From positions 41,523 through 105,522 of the forward strand of contig CAYPXF010000003.1 in assembly GCA_964415025.1 (NCBI GenBank): 64,000 nucleotides of DNA, written 5' to 3'. Each line of letters starts with the position of its first letter. The stretch's first letter is position 1. The notes beneath the pieces were generated by a model. That model saw only the letters and a program-made list of their open reading frames with translations, did no database searches and was not told the DNA's origin. The position numbers and the translations under genes were made by a program. This document shows, in pieces, positions 1 to 9,755 of this stretch. Source of the DNA: an uncultured Gammaproteobacteria bacterium. Lineage in GTDB: Bacteria; Patescibacteriota; Patescibacteriia; UBA10025; JAHIVO01.

Positions 1-14
1 AAAAATAAAACCCT

Positions 15-437
15 ATGCCAGATAAAAAAAAGGCCACACCAAAAGCAAAGCCCCAACCAAAGAAAAAAACCCGTGGTAAAAAGAAGCAAATGGTTACACG
101 CGGTAAGGTTTATATTCAGGCGACCTATAATAACACTATCATCACGTTTACTGATCAGGGCGGCAATGTGATCGCCTGGTCGTCGGCCGGACATATGGGG
201 TTTAAGGGACCGAAAAAAGCCACCCCGTACGCCGCCAGTATTATTGTAAAAAACGCAGTCGAAAAAGCAAAGGAGCGCGGATTCAAATCAGCTGATGTTT
301 TTGTCAAAGGTGTAGGGTCAGGTCGTGAATCCTCAATTCGAGCATTAAATGCTAATAATATATTAATTCACTCGATCAAGGACGTAACCCCAATACCGCA
401 TAACGGATGTCGTCCGCCAAAAGTAAGACGAGTATAA
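15..437 (+). CDS. rpsK: 30S ribosomal protein S11, with a Lys-rich N-terminal extension
   Basis: Conserved S11 core [30 protein letters not shown]...GFKG; K-rich ~25 aa N-terminal tail; sits in alpha-operon synteny with rpsD-rpoA-rplQ. Confidence 0.9.
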   Translation: MPDKKKATPKAKPQPKKKTRGKKKQMVTRGKVYIQATYNNTIITFTDQGGNVIAWSSAGHMGFKGPKKATPYAASIIVKNAVEKAKERGFKSADVFVKGVGSGRESSIRALNANNILIHSIKDVTPIPHNGCRPPKVRRV

Positions 438-443
438 CGCTAT

Positions 444-1079
444 ATGGGTAGAAATTTAGATCCAAAATGTAAGCAATGCCGTCGCATCGGTGAAAAGCTA
501 TTCCTCAAGGGGGAGCGCTGCTTTTCTCCTAAATGCGCCATGATTAAACGGAATTATCCTCCCGGCATGCACGGAGCTAAGCGGGGTCCGCGTGTATCAG
601 AATACGGTATTCAGCTCCAGGAAAAGCAAAAAGCCGCCAGGACGTACCAGCTCCTAGAAAAGCAGTTTCATGGTTACTATGAGCGTGCTCGGAAAATCAA
701 GCAAGGCCAAACAGGAGACAACTTATTGGCCTTATTAGAATTACGACTAGATAATGTATTATATCGTTCTGGGGTAGCTGCCTCGCGCAGTATTGCACGT
801 CAAATCGTTAACCATGGCCACCTGCTCGTGAATGGAAAAAATATGGACATACCTTCATATACTGTAGCGTCCGGCGATATTATCACGTTTAAGGAACAAA
901 GCAAATCAAATAAGATAATCCAAGAAATGCTGAAAAAACTTGATGCAAAACGTGCGCCAGGCTGGCTAGAGGTGCAGGATGTCAATAACTTTCAGATAAA
1001 AGTGCTGGCTACACCGACGGTTGATGAGCTTCCAGAGGGTATTGATACGGCGCTTATTGTTGAATACTATTCACGATAA
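444..1079 (+). CDS. rpsD: 30S ribosomal protein S4
   Basis: N-terminal Cys cluster (CKQCRR...C..C) and S4 domain (LDNVLYRSGVAASRSIARQIVNHGHLLVNG). Confidence 0.9.
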   Translation: MGRNLDPKCKQCRRIGEKLFLKGERCFSPKCAMIKRNYPPGMHGAKRGPRVSEYGIQLQEKQKAARTYQLLEKQFHGYYERARKIKQGQTGDNLLALLELRLDNVLYRSGVAASRSIARQIVNHGHLLVNGKNMDIPSYTVASGDIITFKEQSKSNKIIQEMLKKLDAKRAPGWLEVQDVNNFQIKVLATPTVDELPEGIDTALIVEYYSR

Positions 1080-1106
1080 TATTTCACATTATTAACGCAA
1101 ACGAAT

Positions 1107-1937
1107 ATGGAATCAATCACACTACCGGATAAATATTCTGTAGAAAAAATAGATAAGGCCAAAGCAGTTATCACTATCGAACCTTGCTATCCAGGATACG
1201 GCACGACACTTGGCAATGCATTACGACGCGTTTTGCTCTCCTCGCTAGGCGGCGCGGCTGTTACCGCGGTCAAAATAAAAGGCATCACCCATGAATTTTC
1301 TTCACTTCCGGGCGTAAAAGAGGATGTTGTGGAAATAATCTTGAATTTGAAAAAATTACGGCTCAAGGTTCATTCTGATGACGAGGTAACTGTCCAGCTA
1401 AAAGCAAAAGGAAACCAAAAAGTTACCGGTGAGGATATTAAGTCATCGAGTGATGTTGAGGTGATTAACACGGATTTGCATATTGCCACGCTGACAGAAA
1501 AGGATGCGGAAATTGAAATGGAATTGACCGTGAAGCGGGGCCGGGGATATATGCCGGTCGAAAGCAATGAAAAAAAGAAGTTTCCACTCGGTACTATCGG
1601 CATTGATGCGATATTTACCCCTGTTGTGAATGTTAATTATGATACAGAGAACGTACGTGTCGGTAAAATGACAAATTATGATCGACTCATCATGACGGTC
1701 GCCACCGACGGTACGACTACCCCGGAGGAAGCGCTAGTAAAAGCTTCAGAAATATTAGTGGATCATTTTTCGGCAATTAACACTTTGCCAGGACAGGAGA
1801 CGAACAAGGAAGAAAGAAAAACAGCACCAGCAGAGGACAAAGCTGAAAAAACAGATGAGAAAAAGGGTGAAAAAGAGGAAAAAGACGGATCAAAAAAGAA
1901 AAAAAAGAGCCGTCCTAAAAAAGAGTCTAAAGAGTAA
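1107..1937 (+). CDS. rpoA: DNA-directed RNA polymerase alpha subunit: N-terminal domain only, with a Lys/Glu-rich C-terminal tail in place of the alpha-CTD
   Basis: Alpha-NTD motifs (GYGTTLGNALRRVLLSS, EDVVEIILNLK); protein ends with a ~45 aa KEEKDGSKKKKKSRPKKESKE tail; alpha-operon position. Confidence 0.85.
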   Translation: MESITLPDKYSVEKIDKAKAVITIEPCYPGYGTTLGNALRRVLLSSLGGAAVTAVKIKGITHEFSSLPGVKEDVVEIILNLKKLRLKVHSDDEVTVQLKAKGNQKVTGEDIKSSSDVEVINTDLHIATLTEKDAEIEMELTVKRGRGYMPVESNEKKKFPLGTIGIDAIFTPVVNVNYDTENVRVGKMTNYDRLIMTVATDGTTTPEEALVKASEILVDHFSAINTLPGQETNKEERKTAPAEDKAEKTDEKKGEKEEKDGSKKKKKSRPKKESKE

Positions 1938-1945
1938 AAACTGAC

Positions 1946-2296
1946 ATGAGGCACAGAAAAAAGCAAACAACACTCGGTAGGGGCGCTAATCATCGTAGGG
2001 CATTGATGAGGAATTTAGCACGTTCGTTTTTCTTATCAGGTAAAATCACGACTACTGAAGCAAAGGCAAAGGCTATCAAGCCGACCATAGAAAAACTGAT
2101 TACGATTGGGAAGAAGGATACGCTGCAAAACAGGCGAAAGATAATCCAGGTCACCGGCAGCAATAACATAGCAAATAAGATTATCAAGGAAGTAAGCCCC
2201 CGGTATAAGGAGAGAAACGGAGGCTATACGAGGATTATTAAAATAGGTAACCGCGCCGGGGATAATGCAAAACAAGTTTATTTGCAGCTCATATAA
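1946..2296 (+). CDS. rplQ: 50S ribosomal protein L17
   Basis: MRHRKK..LGR...HR.ALMRNL signature; follows rpoA. Confidence 0.85.
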   Translation: MRHRKKQTTLGRGANHRRALMRNLARSFFLSGKITTTEAKAKAIKPTIEKLITIGKKDTLQNRRKIIQVTGSNNIANKIIKEVSPRYKERNGGYTRIIKIGNRAGDNAKQVYLQLI

Positions 2297-2297
2297 T

Positions 2298-2657
2298 ATG
2301 GCTAACACACCACAACAAAAAGTGATACCGATCGACGCAGCCGGGAAAGCGCCTGGCCGACTTGCTAGTGAAGTAGTACATTTGCTGCGGGGCAAGGACG
2401 ATCCGTCATGGCAGCCTCATATCATAAGTAATGTACGCATAGATATTTCTAATATTGACAAAATGAATATCAGTGAAAAAAAACTTGAACAGGAATTCAT
2501 ATATACGTTTTCTGGCTATCCCAGCGGCCAGAAAAAAGTAACCTGGAAAATGATGATGAACCGCGGTCCAGAATTTTTATTTAGGACAGTCCTGAAAAAT
2601 ATGCTGCCAGACAACAAACATCGCGCCGTGTTAATGAAAAAAGTTAATTTTGTGTAA
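2298..2657 (+). CDS. rplM: 50S ribosomal protein L13
   Basis: Start taken at MANTPQQKVIPIDAAGKAPGRLAS (ATG 2298, directly after the rplQ stop); L13 motifs. Confidence 0.85.
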   Translation: MANTPQQKVIPIDAAGKAPGRLASEVVHLLRGKDDPSWQPHIISNVRIDISNIDKMNISEKKLEQEFIYTFSGYPSGQKKVTWKMMMNRGPEFLFRTVLKNMLPDNKHRAVLMKKVNFV

Positions 2658-2660
2658 CCT

Positions 2661-3179
2661 ATGACTGGAGCTAAGAAGAAAAAACCAACTGGAAAGACAG
2701 GCAAAAAAATCACTCCTCGCGCCAAACCGAAGAAAAAAGTCACGACTAAGAAGGCCGTGGATGAGAAAAAACCCGCCCAAAAGAAAAAACCCCAGTATAT
2801 TTTTGCCGTCGGACGGAGAAAATCATCAGTCGCTAGAGTTCGGTTGTATAAAAAAGAAGAACCGGGGATATTAATAAATGACAAGGAATATACCGAGTAT
2901 TTTCCGCAGTACGAAATGCAACTGGTTGTCAAAGAGCCATTTAAAACTATTGGCCAGGAAATTGATGGAAAATACAGCGTCAAAGTATCCGGAGGCGGTC
3001 CGAGAGGTCAGGCAGAAAGCGTTAGACTCGGTATTTGCAGAATATTATTAAAAATTGACCCTGCTTTCCGCCCAGTTCTCAAGGCCAGAAAGTTATTAGT
3101 CAGAGACCCGAGAGTTAAAGAACGTAAAAAATACGGACTTCGCAAAGCACGACGTGCGCCGCAGTGGCAAAAACGGTAA
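2661..3179 (+). CDS. rpsI: 30S ribosomal protein S9 with ~45 aa Lys-rich N-terminal extension
   Basis: S9 core (GRRKSSVARVRL...GGGPRGQAESVRLGI...GLRKARRAPQWQKR) preceded by a K-rich extension. Confidence 0.85.
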   Translation: MTGAKKKKPTGKTGKKITPRAKPKKKVTTKKAVDEKKPAQKKKPQYIFAVGRRKSSVARVRLYKKEEPGILINDKEYTEYFPQYEMQLVVKEPFKTIGQEIDGKYSVKVSGGGPRGQAESVRLGICRILLKIDPAFRPVLKARKLLVRDPRVKERKKYGLRKARRAPQWQKR

Positions 3180-3183
3180 ACAC

Positions 3184-4659
3184 ATGGCGAATGAGCCAAC
3201 ACAAATCAATAACGCTCAATCAGAAGAGAGAATTCTCAAGAATACGAGCTATTTAACGCTGGCATTTGTACTGCAAAAAATTCTCTCTTTTTTGTATTTT
3301 ATTTATATCGCCCGGAGCATCGGCCCGGTTGATTTGGGGCTATACGACCCGATTAAATCGCTTATACCGATATTGCTCATACTTATTGATTTTAGCTTGA
3401 GCGTTGTTTTGGTCCGAGAAATTGCACGTGCGCCAGAGCGCGTAGAGGAATATCTGGGCTCAGTGCTTGGGATCAAGGCTGTCTTTGCGTTTGTGGTGAT
3501 ACTTGGCATGGGTCTGTTTACAAACTTTTCAGGCTATTCCGTCCTTATAAAAACAGTATTATACCTCGATGCGATTATCGTAATCCTCGATACCTTCACC
3601 CTCACATTCTTTGCCGTATTTCGGGGGCTGCAAAATATGAAATACGAGGCGATTGGCATGATCGGCACGCAGATATTAACCATCATATTCGGAGTAACCG
3701 GCCTGCAATTAAACTGGGGGCTAAGGGCGTTATTTGTTGCGGTTATTATCGGCAGTATTTTTAATTTTATATTTTCTTTTTTAATGGTCAGAAGAAAAAT
3801 AAAAATACGGATCCGGCTTTCATGGAACAAGAAAATTATAAAATCATTTCTGAAGATCGCAGTGCCATTTGCAATAGCGGCCATGTTCGTGAAAATCTAC
3901 ACGTACACAGACAGGTATTTACTGCTGTTGTTTTCTGGACGGGGGGCGGTGGGATGGTATGTGACCGCTCATAAGCTAACATATGCGCTCGAATTTATAC
4001 CCTCTGCCTTTGCGGCCAGCATATTTCCGGCGATGAGTTCGTTTTTTATATACGACAGGTCACAATTGGCGCGCACGTTTACGCGGGCATCGCGATATTT
4101 ACTGATTATCGCTGTGCCAATATCGCTCGGCGTTCTGGTGCTAGCTGATAAAATCGTGCTCACCTTATACGGGCTTGATTTTGAAACATCGATATTTCCG
4201 TTACGTATCCTGATGATAGGCCTACTGGTAATTTTTCTAAACTTTCCGGTTGGCGCTTTTTTAAATGCGTGTAATCTACAGATAAAAAACACCATAAATA
4301 TGGGCATTACCGTGGCTATCAACGTTGCGCTTAATCTCATACTGATACCGCAGTACAGCTTTAACGGTGCGGCAATCGCGGCGCTGGTAAGTGGTATTGT
4401 GTTATTCTTACTAGGACTGCGTTGGGTTGGCAGCGTGGTACAATATGATAAAATATACCTGCTTCGCGCATTAGCAAAGACCGTTTTAGCGGGCGGAGTC
4501 ATGGCTGGTCTGCTTTGGCTGCTAAAAGACGCTATCACCTTCATCATATTAATCCCTGTCGGCGCCATATGCTACTTCGCAGTACTCTATGCGTTCAAAG
4601 GCATATCAAAAGATGATATCCGCAGGCTCTATACATCATTTATAAACAGAAAGGTATGA
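3184..4659 (+). CDS. Polysaccharide flippase, Wzx / MOP superfamily-like polytopic membrane protein
   Basis: ~490 aa with about 12-14 predicted TM segments and an N-terminal pattern typical of polysaccharide biosynthesis (Wzx) proteins; heads a GT-rich locus; start set at ATG 3184 after the rpsI stop. Confidence 0.6.
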   Translation: MANEPTQINNAQSEERILKNTSYLTLAFVLQKILSFLYFIYIARSIGPVDLGLYDPIKSLIPILLILIDFSLSVVLVREIARAPERVEEYLGSVLGIKAVFAFVVILGMGLFTNFSGYSVLIKTVLYLDAIIVILDTFTLTFFAVFRGLQNMKYEAIGMIGTQILTIIFGVTGLQLNWGLRALFVAVIIGSIFNFIFSFLMVRRKIKIRIRLSWNKKIIKSFLKIAVPFAIAAMFVKIYTYTDRYLLLLFSGRGAVGWYVTAHKLTYALEFIPSAFAASIFPAMSSFFIYDRSQLARTFTRASRYLLIIAVPISLGVLVLADKIVLTLYGLDFETSIFPLRILMIGLLVIFLNFPVGAFLNACNLQIKNTINMGITVAINVALNLILIPQYSFNGAAIAALVSGIVLFLLGLRWVGSVVQYDKIYLLRALAKTVLAGGVMAGLLWLLKDAITFIILIPVGAICYFAVLYAFKGISKDDIRRLYTSFINRKV

Positions 4660-5798
4660 AAAAGATACTACTTACTACTATCTACTTTCCGCCGCAACGG
4701 GGGGGCATATCGAACAGTCTGTGGAATATTTGTATACACCTGCCGGCCGACAGAGTAGTAGTGCTGACCGAGCCCTCGGATATTAATCCGCGTTCATCGT
4801 TTCCTATTTACCAAAAACCTATCACTAACACCGCAAGATTTATTTGGCCGCGGTGGCTGTTTTTGATCAGAGACATGAAGCGAATTGTTGAGGAGGAATC
4901 GATAGATATTATCCATGCCGGGCAAATACTGCCAATCGGAACAGCAGCCTTGATATTAAAAAAATTATATCGTATTCCATATCACGTATACGTGTATGGT
5001 CAGGATCTGATGATTATGAGGAGTTCGAAGAGGAAGATGAGCCTTATCAAACACATTCTCAAAAACGCTGACGGTATTATCGCTAACAGCAACAGCACCA
5101 AGGATAAAGCCGTCACGCTTGGTGCCGCGCCGGATAAAACAATCGTTGTCTACCCCTCGCCAATTAGCTTGATTGACACAACTATTGATCAGCAATTCTA
5201 TGATTACTTTATCAAACGCTACCGTCTGCGAGGCAAGCAGATTATTTTAACCGTCGGCAATCTAGTCCCCCGCAAAGGTCAGGATAAGGTCATCCAGGCA
5301 ATGCCTGAAATACTGCGCTATCATCCACAGGCGCATTATGTTGTAGTCGGCAACGGAGAATATATTGCCCATCTGCGAAGTATGACGGATTCATTGTCCA
5401 TCGAAGAGCATGTGCAATTCTTTACTAACGTAACTGATCAGGAGTTGCCATATTTTTATCACGCATGCGATGTGTTTATTATGCCCTCACGCGAGATAAA
5501 GGATAGCCATAACAAATCAACCGATATGGAGGGGTTTGGCATCGTGTATCTGGAGGCAAATTTATTTGGTAAGCCGGTTATCGGCGGCAATTCTGGCGGC
5601 GTACCAGAAGCCGTAGCCCATGGCGTTACCGGGTTACTGGTCGACCCGAATAATGTGCATGATATTGCCCGAGCCGTCTCCAAACTATTATCCGATAAAC
5701 AGCTGTCCGAAAAATTAGGATCCCAAGGACGGGAACGGGCACTGAAGCATTTCCAGTGGGAAGACGAGATGGAGAAAATTAAAAAACTACTGGACTGA
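4656..5798 (+). CDS. Glycosyltransferase family 4 (GT-B, retaining)
   Basis: C-terminal EGFGIVYLEANLFGKPVIGGNSGGVPEAV...GLLVDP motif of GT1/GT4 enzymes; overlaps the flippase stop by 4 nt. Confidence 0.7.
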   Translation: MKKILLTTIYFPPQRGGISNSLWNICIHLPADRVVVLTEPSDINPRSSFPIYQKPITNTARFIWPRWLFLIRDMKRIVEEESIDIIHAGQILPIGTAALILKKLYRIPYHVYVYGQDLMIMRSSKRKMSLIKHILKNADGIIANSNSTKDKAVTLGAAPDKTIVVYPSPISLIDTTIDQQFYDYFIKRYRLRGKQIILTVGNLVPRKGQDKVIQAMPEILRYHPQAHYVVVGNGEYIAHLRSMTDSLSIEEHVQFFTNVTDQELPYFYHACDVFIMPSREIKDSHNKSTDMEGFGIVYLEANLFGKPVIGGNSGGVPEAVAHGVTGLLVDPNNVHDIARAVSKLLSDKQLSEKLGSQGRERALKHFQWEDEMEKIKKLLD

Positions 5799-5799
5799 T

Positions 5800-6447
5800 A
5801 TGCGCTCGCCCCTTGTCAGCATTATTATTCCATGCTATCAGTCAGCGAAGACTATTGGACGGACACTCCAGAGTATTTACCGGCAGTCATATCGGACTCT
5901 AGAAATTATAGCGGTTAATGACGGATCAACCGATGCCACTCGTGACATCTTATCAGGCCACGAACATAAAGTGCGGATAATCCATCAGGATAATAAGGGG
6001 GCTGCGGCAGCGAGGAATAAAGGATTTGACGTATCGCGGGGAGAATTCGTGCTGTTTTGTGATGATGACGTTGTATTACAGCCCGACATGATCGAAAAAA
6101 TGGTTCGTACGCTGGAACAGTACCGGGATAAAGCATACTGCTACTGTAATTTTAAATTTGGTTGGCACACCTTTGATTTGTTTCCGTTTGACGCAGCGAG
6201 ACTGCGGCGGGAAAATTATATCAGCACCATGTCGCTTATGCGGCGGGAAACGTTTATCGGATTCGATGAATCTCTGCGCCGGTATCAGGATTGGGATTTA
6301 TGGAAGCGCATGCTTGATCGAGGCTCTGTCGGCGTATGGTATCCAGAGCGATTGTTTACCGCTCCACACGGCGGGGGCATATCAAAGCATTCATTGCGTG
6401 ACTTGATAAAGATTATTGTACGACGTATTGGCCTAGGCTCGAAATAA
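5800..6447 (+). CDS. Glycosyltransferase family 2 (small, 215 aa)
   Basis: N-terminal VSIIIPCYQ...AVNDGSTDAT and DDD motif (FCDDDV). Confidence 0.7.
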   Translation: MRSPLVSIIIPCYQSAKTIGRTLQSIYRQSYRTLEIIAVNDGSTDATRDILSGHEHKVRIIHQDNKGAAAARNKGFDVSRGEFVLFCDDDVVLQPDMIEKMVRTLEQYRDKAYCYCNFKFGWHTFDLFPFDAARLRRENYISTMSLMRRETFIGFDESLRRYQDWDLWKRMLDRGSVGVWYPERLFTAPHGGGISKHSLRDLIKIIVRRIGLGSK

Positions 6448-6485
6448 ACATTGTCAACCAAAGCCCTTCGCTGTACAATACGTAC

Positions 6486-7361
6486 ATGGACGTGTCAATT
6501 ATCATAGTATCGTGGAATGTGCGGCGGCACCTGCGGCAGTGCCTGCAGTCGCTGTATCAGACCGATCAGGGTGTGCGGTTTGAGGTTATTGTAGTTGATA
6601 ACAATTCGTCAGACGGCAGTGCGGCCATGGTTACACAGAAATTTCCTCGCGTTCACTGTATACGGAACAAGACCAACCGCGGGTTTGCCGCAGCCTGTAA
6701 TCAGGGGATTCGCCGATCTCGTGGTAGTGCTATCGTATTGCTCAATCCTGATACCGAGGTCAAGGCCGATGCTATTGGATCGCTGTATGGATTTTTGCAG
6801 ACAAAAGATCAGACAGGTATTTGCGGCGGCAAAATACTTAATTTTGACGGCACGGTCCAGCCATCGGTCCGGCGGTTTCCTGATCTCTGTTCACAGCTCA
6901 TGATTGCGCTTAAACTGCATCGAATATTTTCAAACAATACCTGCTTGAGATCATATGTGGCCCATGATTTTGATTATGATAAAGCACAAAAAGTGGATCA
7001 AGTCATGGGCGCTTTTTTTATGATCAGCAGAGATTTAATCAATGCTATTGGCTTATTGGATGAGCATTATTATATTTGGTTTGAGGAGGTTGATTATTGC
7101 CGTAGAGCGTGCAATGCCGGGTATCAGATATATTATTATCCGGAAGCGGTCATACAGCATCACCGCGGCGCCAGCTTCCGTAAACTCAATCCGCTGACCA
7201 AACAATTTATCTATATACGTAGTATGCAGTATTATTTTTTTAAGCATAAGTCAGTATTTGCTTATATTATATTATTAGCAGCTTATCCATTCAGTATTTT
7301 AGCCGGTGTTATTGTGGCCATACTAACCATCAATACCGCTAAAACCATATCAGCAAAATGA
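6486..7361 (+). CDS. Glycosyltransferase family 2
   Basis: SIIIVSWN...VIVVDNNSSDGS; DxD-type GT-A fold signature. Confidence 0.7.
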   Translation: MDVSIIIVSWNVRRHLRQCLQSLYQTDQGVRFEVIVVDNNSSDGSAAMVTQKFPRVHCIRNKTNRGFAAACNQGIRRSRGSAIVLLNPDTEVKADAIGSLYGFLQTKDQTGICGGKILNFDGTVQPSVRRFPDLCSQLMIALKLHRIFSNNTCLRSYVAHDFDYDKAQKVDQVMGAFFMISRDLINAIGLLDEHYYIWFEEVDYCRRACNAGYQIYYYPEAVIQHHRGASFRKLNPLTKQFIYIRSMQYYFFKHKSVFAYIILLAAYPFSILAGVIVAILTINTAKTISAK

Positions 7362-8866
7362 AACATACCACGTACACAAAACTATTTGCATTTGCATTTT
7401 GGTTTATTATTCTGGTCGAAGTCGCATCTTTTTGGGCACACATCTACGCGCCTCTTAACACAGTGCTGTTTTTCTTGCTTACTGCAGGGACATTTATAAT
7501 CGGGGTATGGAAATTCCGTTATGCGTTTTGGATCGCGGCCGTTGAGCTGTTTATCGGGTCGTTTGGTTATTTGTTTTATTTTGATATAGGGGACATCCGA
7601 CTTTCCATACGGCTCGGTATATTTATGGCGGTATGTGCGGCCTGGCTAATCTATAGTATCAGGGAAAAGCGGTTTGCGTTATTTAAGACAAGATATACGC
7701 TTCCGCTGGGACTGCTCTTTTTGTTCATCGCCGTAGGCGCAATGCAAGGTATTATAAGAGGTCATGCGCTAGTCGATGTGTTTCTCGATATGAACGGCTA
7801 TTTGTATTTTGGCATGCTTTTCCCAGCGTTATCAGTAATCACTTCATGGAAAAACGTATTACAACTGTGGCAGCTACTCGTGGCAGCAGTCAGTGTCATG
7901 ATTTTGAAGACCTTGTTTTTGTTCACGTATTTTGCCCATCAGGCAGATGACGCTATTACACGGCTTATTTACACCTGGGTACGAGATACCAGAGTAGGAG
8001 AAATCGGGGTAATTATTGACAGCTACTATCGCATATTTTTTCAGAGCCATGTATGGATTTTGTTTGTATGTATCATAGCGGCGCTGCTGATCGTGCTCAA
8101 TAACCGCAAGCTGTTATCCCAAGCAGATATTCGATTTATGCGTGTTTTGTTTATTGGTACAAGTATGGTGCTCTTAATCAGCTATTCACGGAGTTTGTGG
8201 CTGGCACTCGGCATAACTATGGTTTTGATGATAATATACCTATGGCGCAGGGAAAAAATCCCATGGCGCCGTTTGTTTGCCTATGTCGGCTATGCCGCCA
8301 TGGTGCTGGTGATAGACATGATAGTCATTACCGGACTGGTGAATATCTCACTGCCAGGCGGTGGCCACGGGATGCATGCCGGATCCTTAGTCACGGAGCG
8401 GATTACTGAAACTGATGAACCGGCACTCCGGAGTCGTTTCGAATTACTCAAGCCACTCGCAGAACAGTACACCGCGTCGCCGATAGTTGGTACTGGTTTT
8501 GGTACCCGTGTTACATTTCAGTCGCTGGATCCACGCACCAAAGAAGTAAATGGTGGCATGTATTCCACCTATTCATTTGAATGGGGCTATCTAGGCACGA
8601 TGGTTAAAATTGGCTTGATTGGCCTGATGGCGTATTTATTTTTATTATGGCGTATATTTAAACAGGGGATGCAGAAATATCAGATAGCTTCATCTCCATT
8701 TGTTAGGATCATGATAATTGGCCTGCTGTTTAGCTTGATTAGTTTACTTGTTGTTCATAGTACCACTCCATATCTAAACCATCCTTTAGGTATATTTTTA
8801 ATAGTACTATGCGCAGCGGCATTTGCCGTTACTGATGATCAGGGCGTTAGTGTGGCACAGAGTTGA
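7358..8866 (+). CDS. Polytopic membrane protein, O-antigen polymerase/ligase (Wzy/WaaL)-like
   Basis: ~500 aa with more than 10 TM segments and a large loop; sits between glycosyltransferases; family assignment by context only. Confidence 0.45.
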   Translation: MKHTTYTKLFAFAFWFIILVEVASFWAHIYAPLNTVLFFLLTAGTFIIGVWKFRYAFWIAAVELFIGSFGYLFYFDIGDIRLSIRLGIFMAVCAAWLIYSIREKRFALFKTRYTLPLGLLFLFIAVGAMQGIIRGHALVDVFLDMNGYLYFGMLFPALSVITSWKNVLQLWQLLVAAVSVMILKTLFLFTYFAHQADDAITRLIYTWVRDTRVGEIGVIIDSYYRIFFQSHVWILFVCIIAALLIVLNNRKLLSQADIRFMRVLFIGTSMVLLISYSRSLWLALGITMVLMIIYLWRREKIPWRRLFAYVGYAAMVLVIDMIVITGLVNISLPGGGHGMHAGSLVTERITETDEPALRSRFELLKPLAEQYTASPIVGTGFGTRVTFQSLDPRTKEVNGGMYSTYSFEWGYLGTMVKIGLIGLMAYLFLLWRIFKQGMQKYQIASSPFVRIMIIGLLFSLISLLVVHSTTPYLNHPLGIFLIVLCAAAFAVTDDQGVSVAQS

Positions 8867-8915
8867 AAATTTCCAAAAAAATGATACACTGTAGGCTACA
8901 ATATACGATGGAGCT

Positions 8916-9755
8916 TTGTTTATGCTAGATTTATCAGTTGTAATTGTAAACTATAATAACAGAGGATTATTGCGGCAGTGCCTAAAGTCATTGTCGGCTA
9001 ATATTAGCGATTCTGGTGTGCGATATAAAATTATTGTCGTTGATAACAATTCAGCTGATGGCAGCGTTCCAATGGTGCGAGAGGAATTTCCTGATGTCAG
9101 ACTAATACCGCTAAAAAAGAACGGTGGTTATGCCAAAGGAGTAAATATTGGCGTTGCATCTGTTGAATGCCGGTATTACCTGATACTAAACATGGACACG
9201 ACTATTGTTCAGATGCAGGCGATCGACCGGATAATAACATTCATGAATAGAAACACCGACGTCGGATTGGCCGGACCGAAGCTGATCAACCCGAACGGCA
9301 CTACGCAGGCGTCATGCTGCACATTCCCAAAGTTCCTTTATCCTATTTACCGCAGGACCGTCCTGGGAAGATTGCCATTCGCCAATAGAGCTATTAGAAA
9401 ATATCTGATGCTAGACTGGAACCATGAGGAAACAAAACCAGTTGACTGGGTTATTGGTACGGGGATGATTGTGCGAAATGAAGCCATCAAGCAAGTAGGC
9501 CTCATGGATGAACGATTTTTTATGTACTTCGAGGATGTTGATTGGTGTCGGCGTTTTTGGGAGCATGATTGGACTGTTTCTTATATTCATGATATCGAGA
9601 TCGTGCATTACCACGGACGCGGTTCGGCAGCGCAACAGGGGGTCCTAAGCCTGGTTGGTAATAAATTGACACGCGTGCACATCAGTTCATGGTTAAAATA
9701 TTTTATTAAATATTTTGGTAAATCAAAACCAAATGTCCACAAAAAAGAAAAATAA
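8916..9755 (+). CDS. Glycosyltransferase family 2
   Basis: LSVVIVNYNN...IIVVDNNSADGS. Confidence 0.7.
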   Translation: MFMLDLSVVIVNYNNRGLLRQCLKSLSANISDSGVRYKIIVVDNNSADGSVPMVREEFPDVRLIPLKKNGGYAKGVNIGVASVECRYYLILNMDTTIVQMQAIDRIITFMNRNTDVGLAGPKLINPNGTTQASCCTFPKFLYPIYRRTVLGRLPFANRAIRKYLMLDWNHEETKPVDWVIGTGMIVRNEAIKQVGLMDERFFMYFEDVDWCRRFWEHDWTVSYIHDIEIVHYHGRGSAAQQGVLSLVGNKLTRVHISSWLKYFIKYFGKSKPNVHKKEK

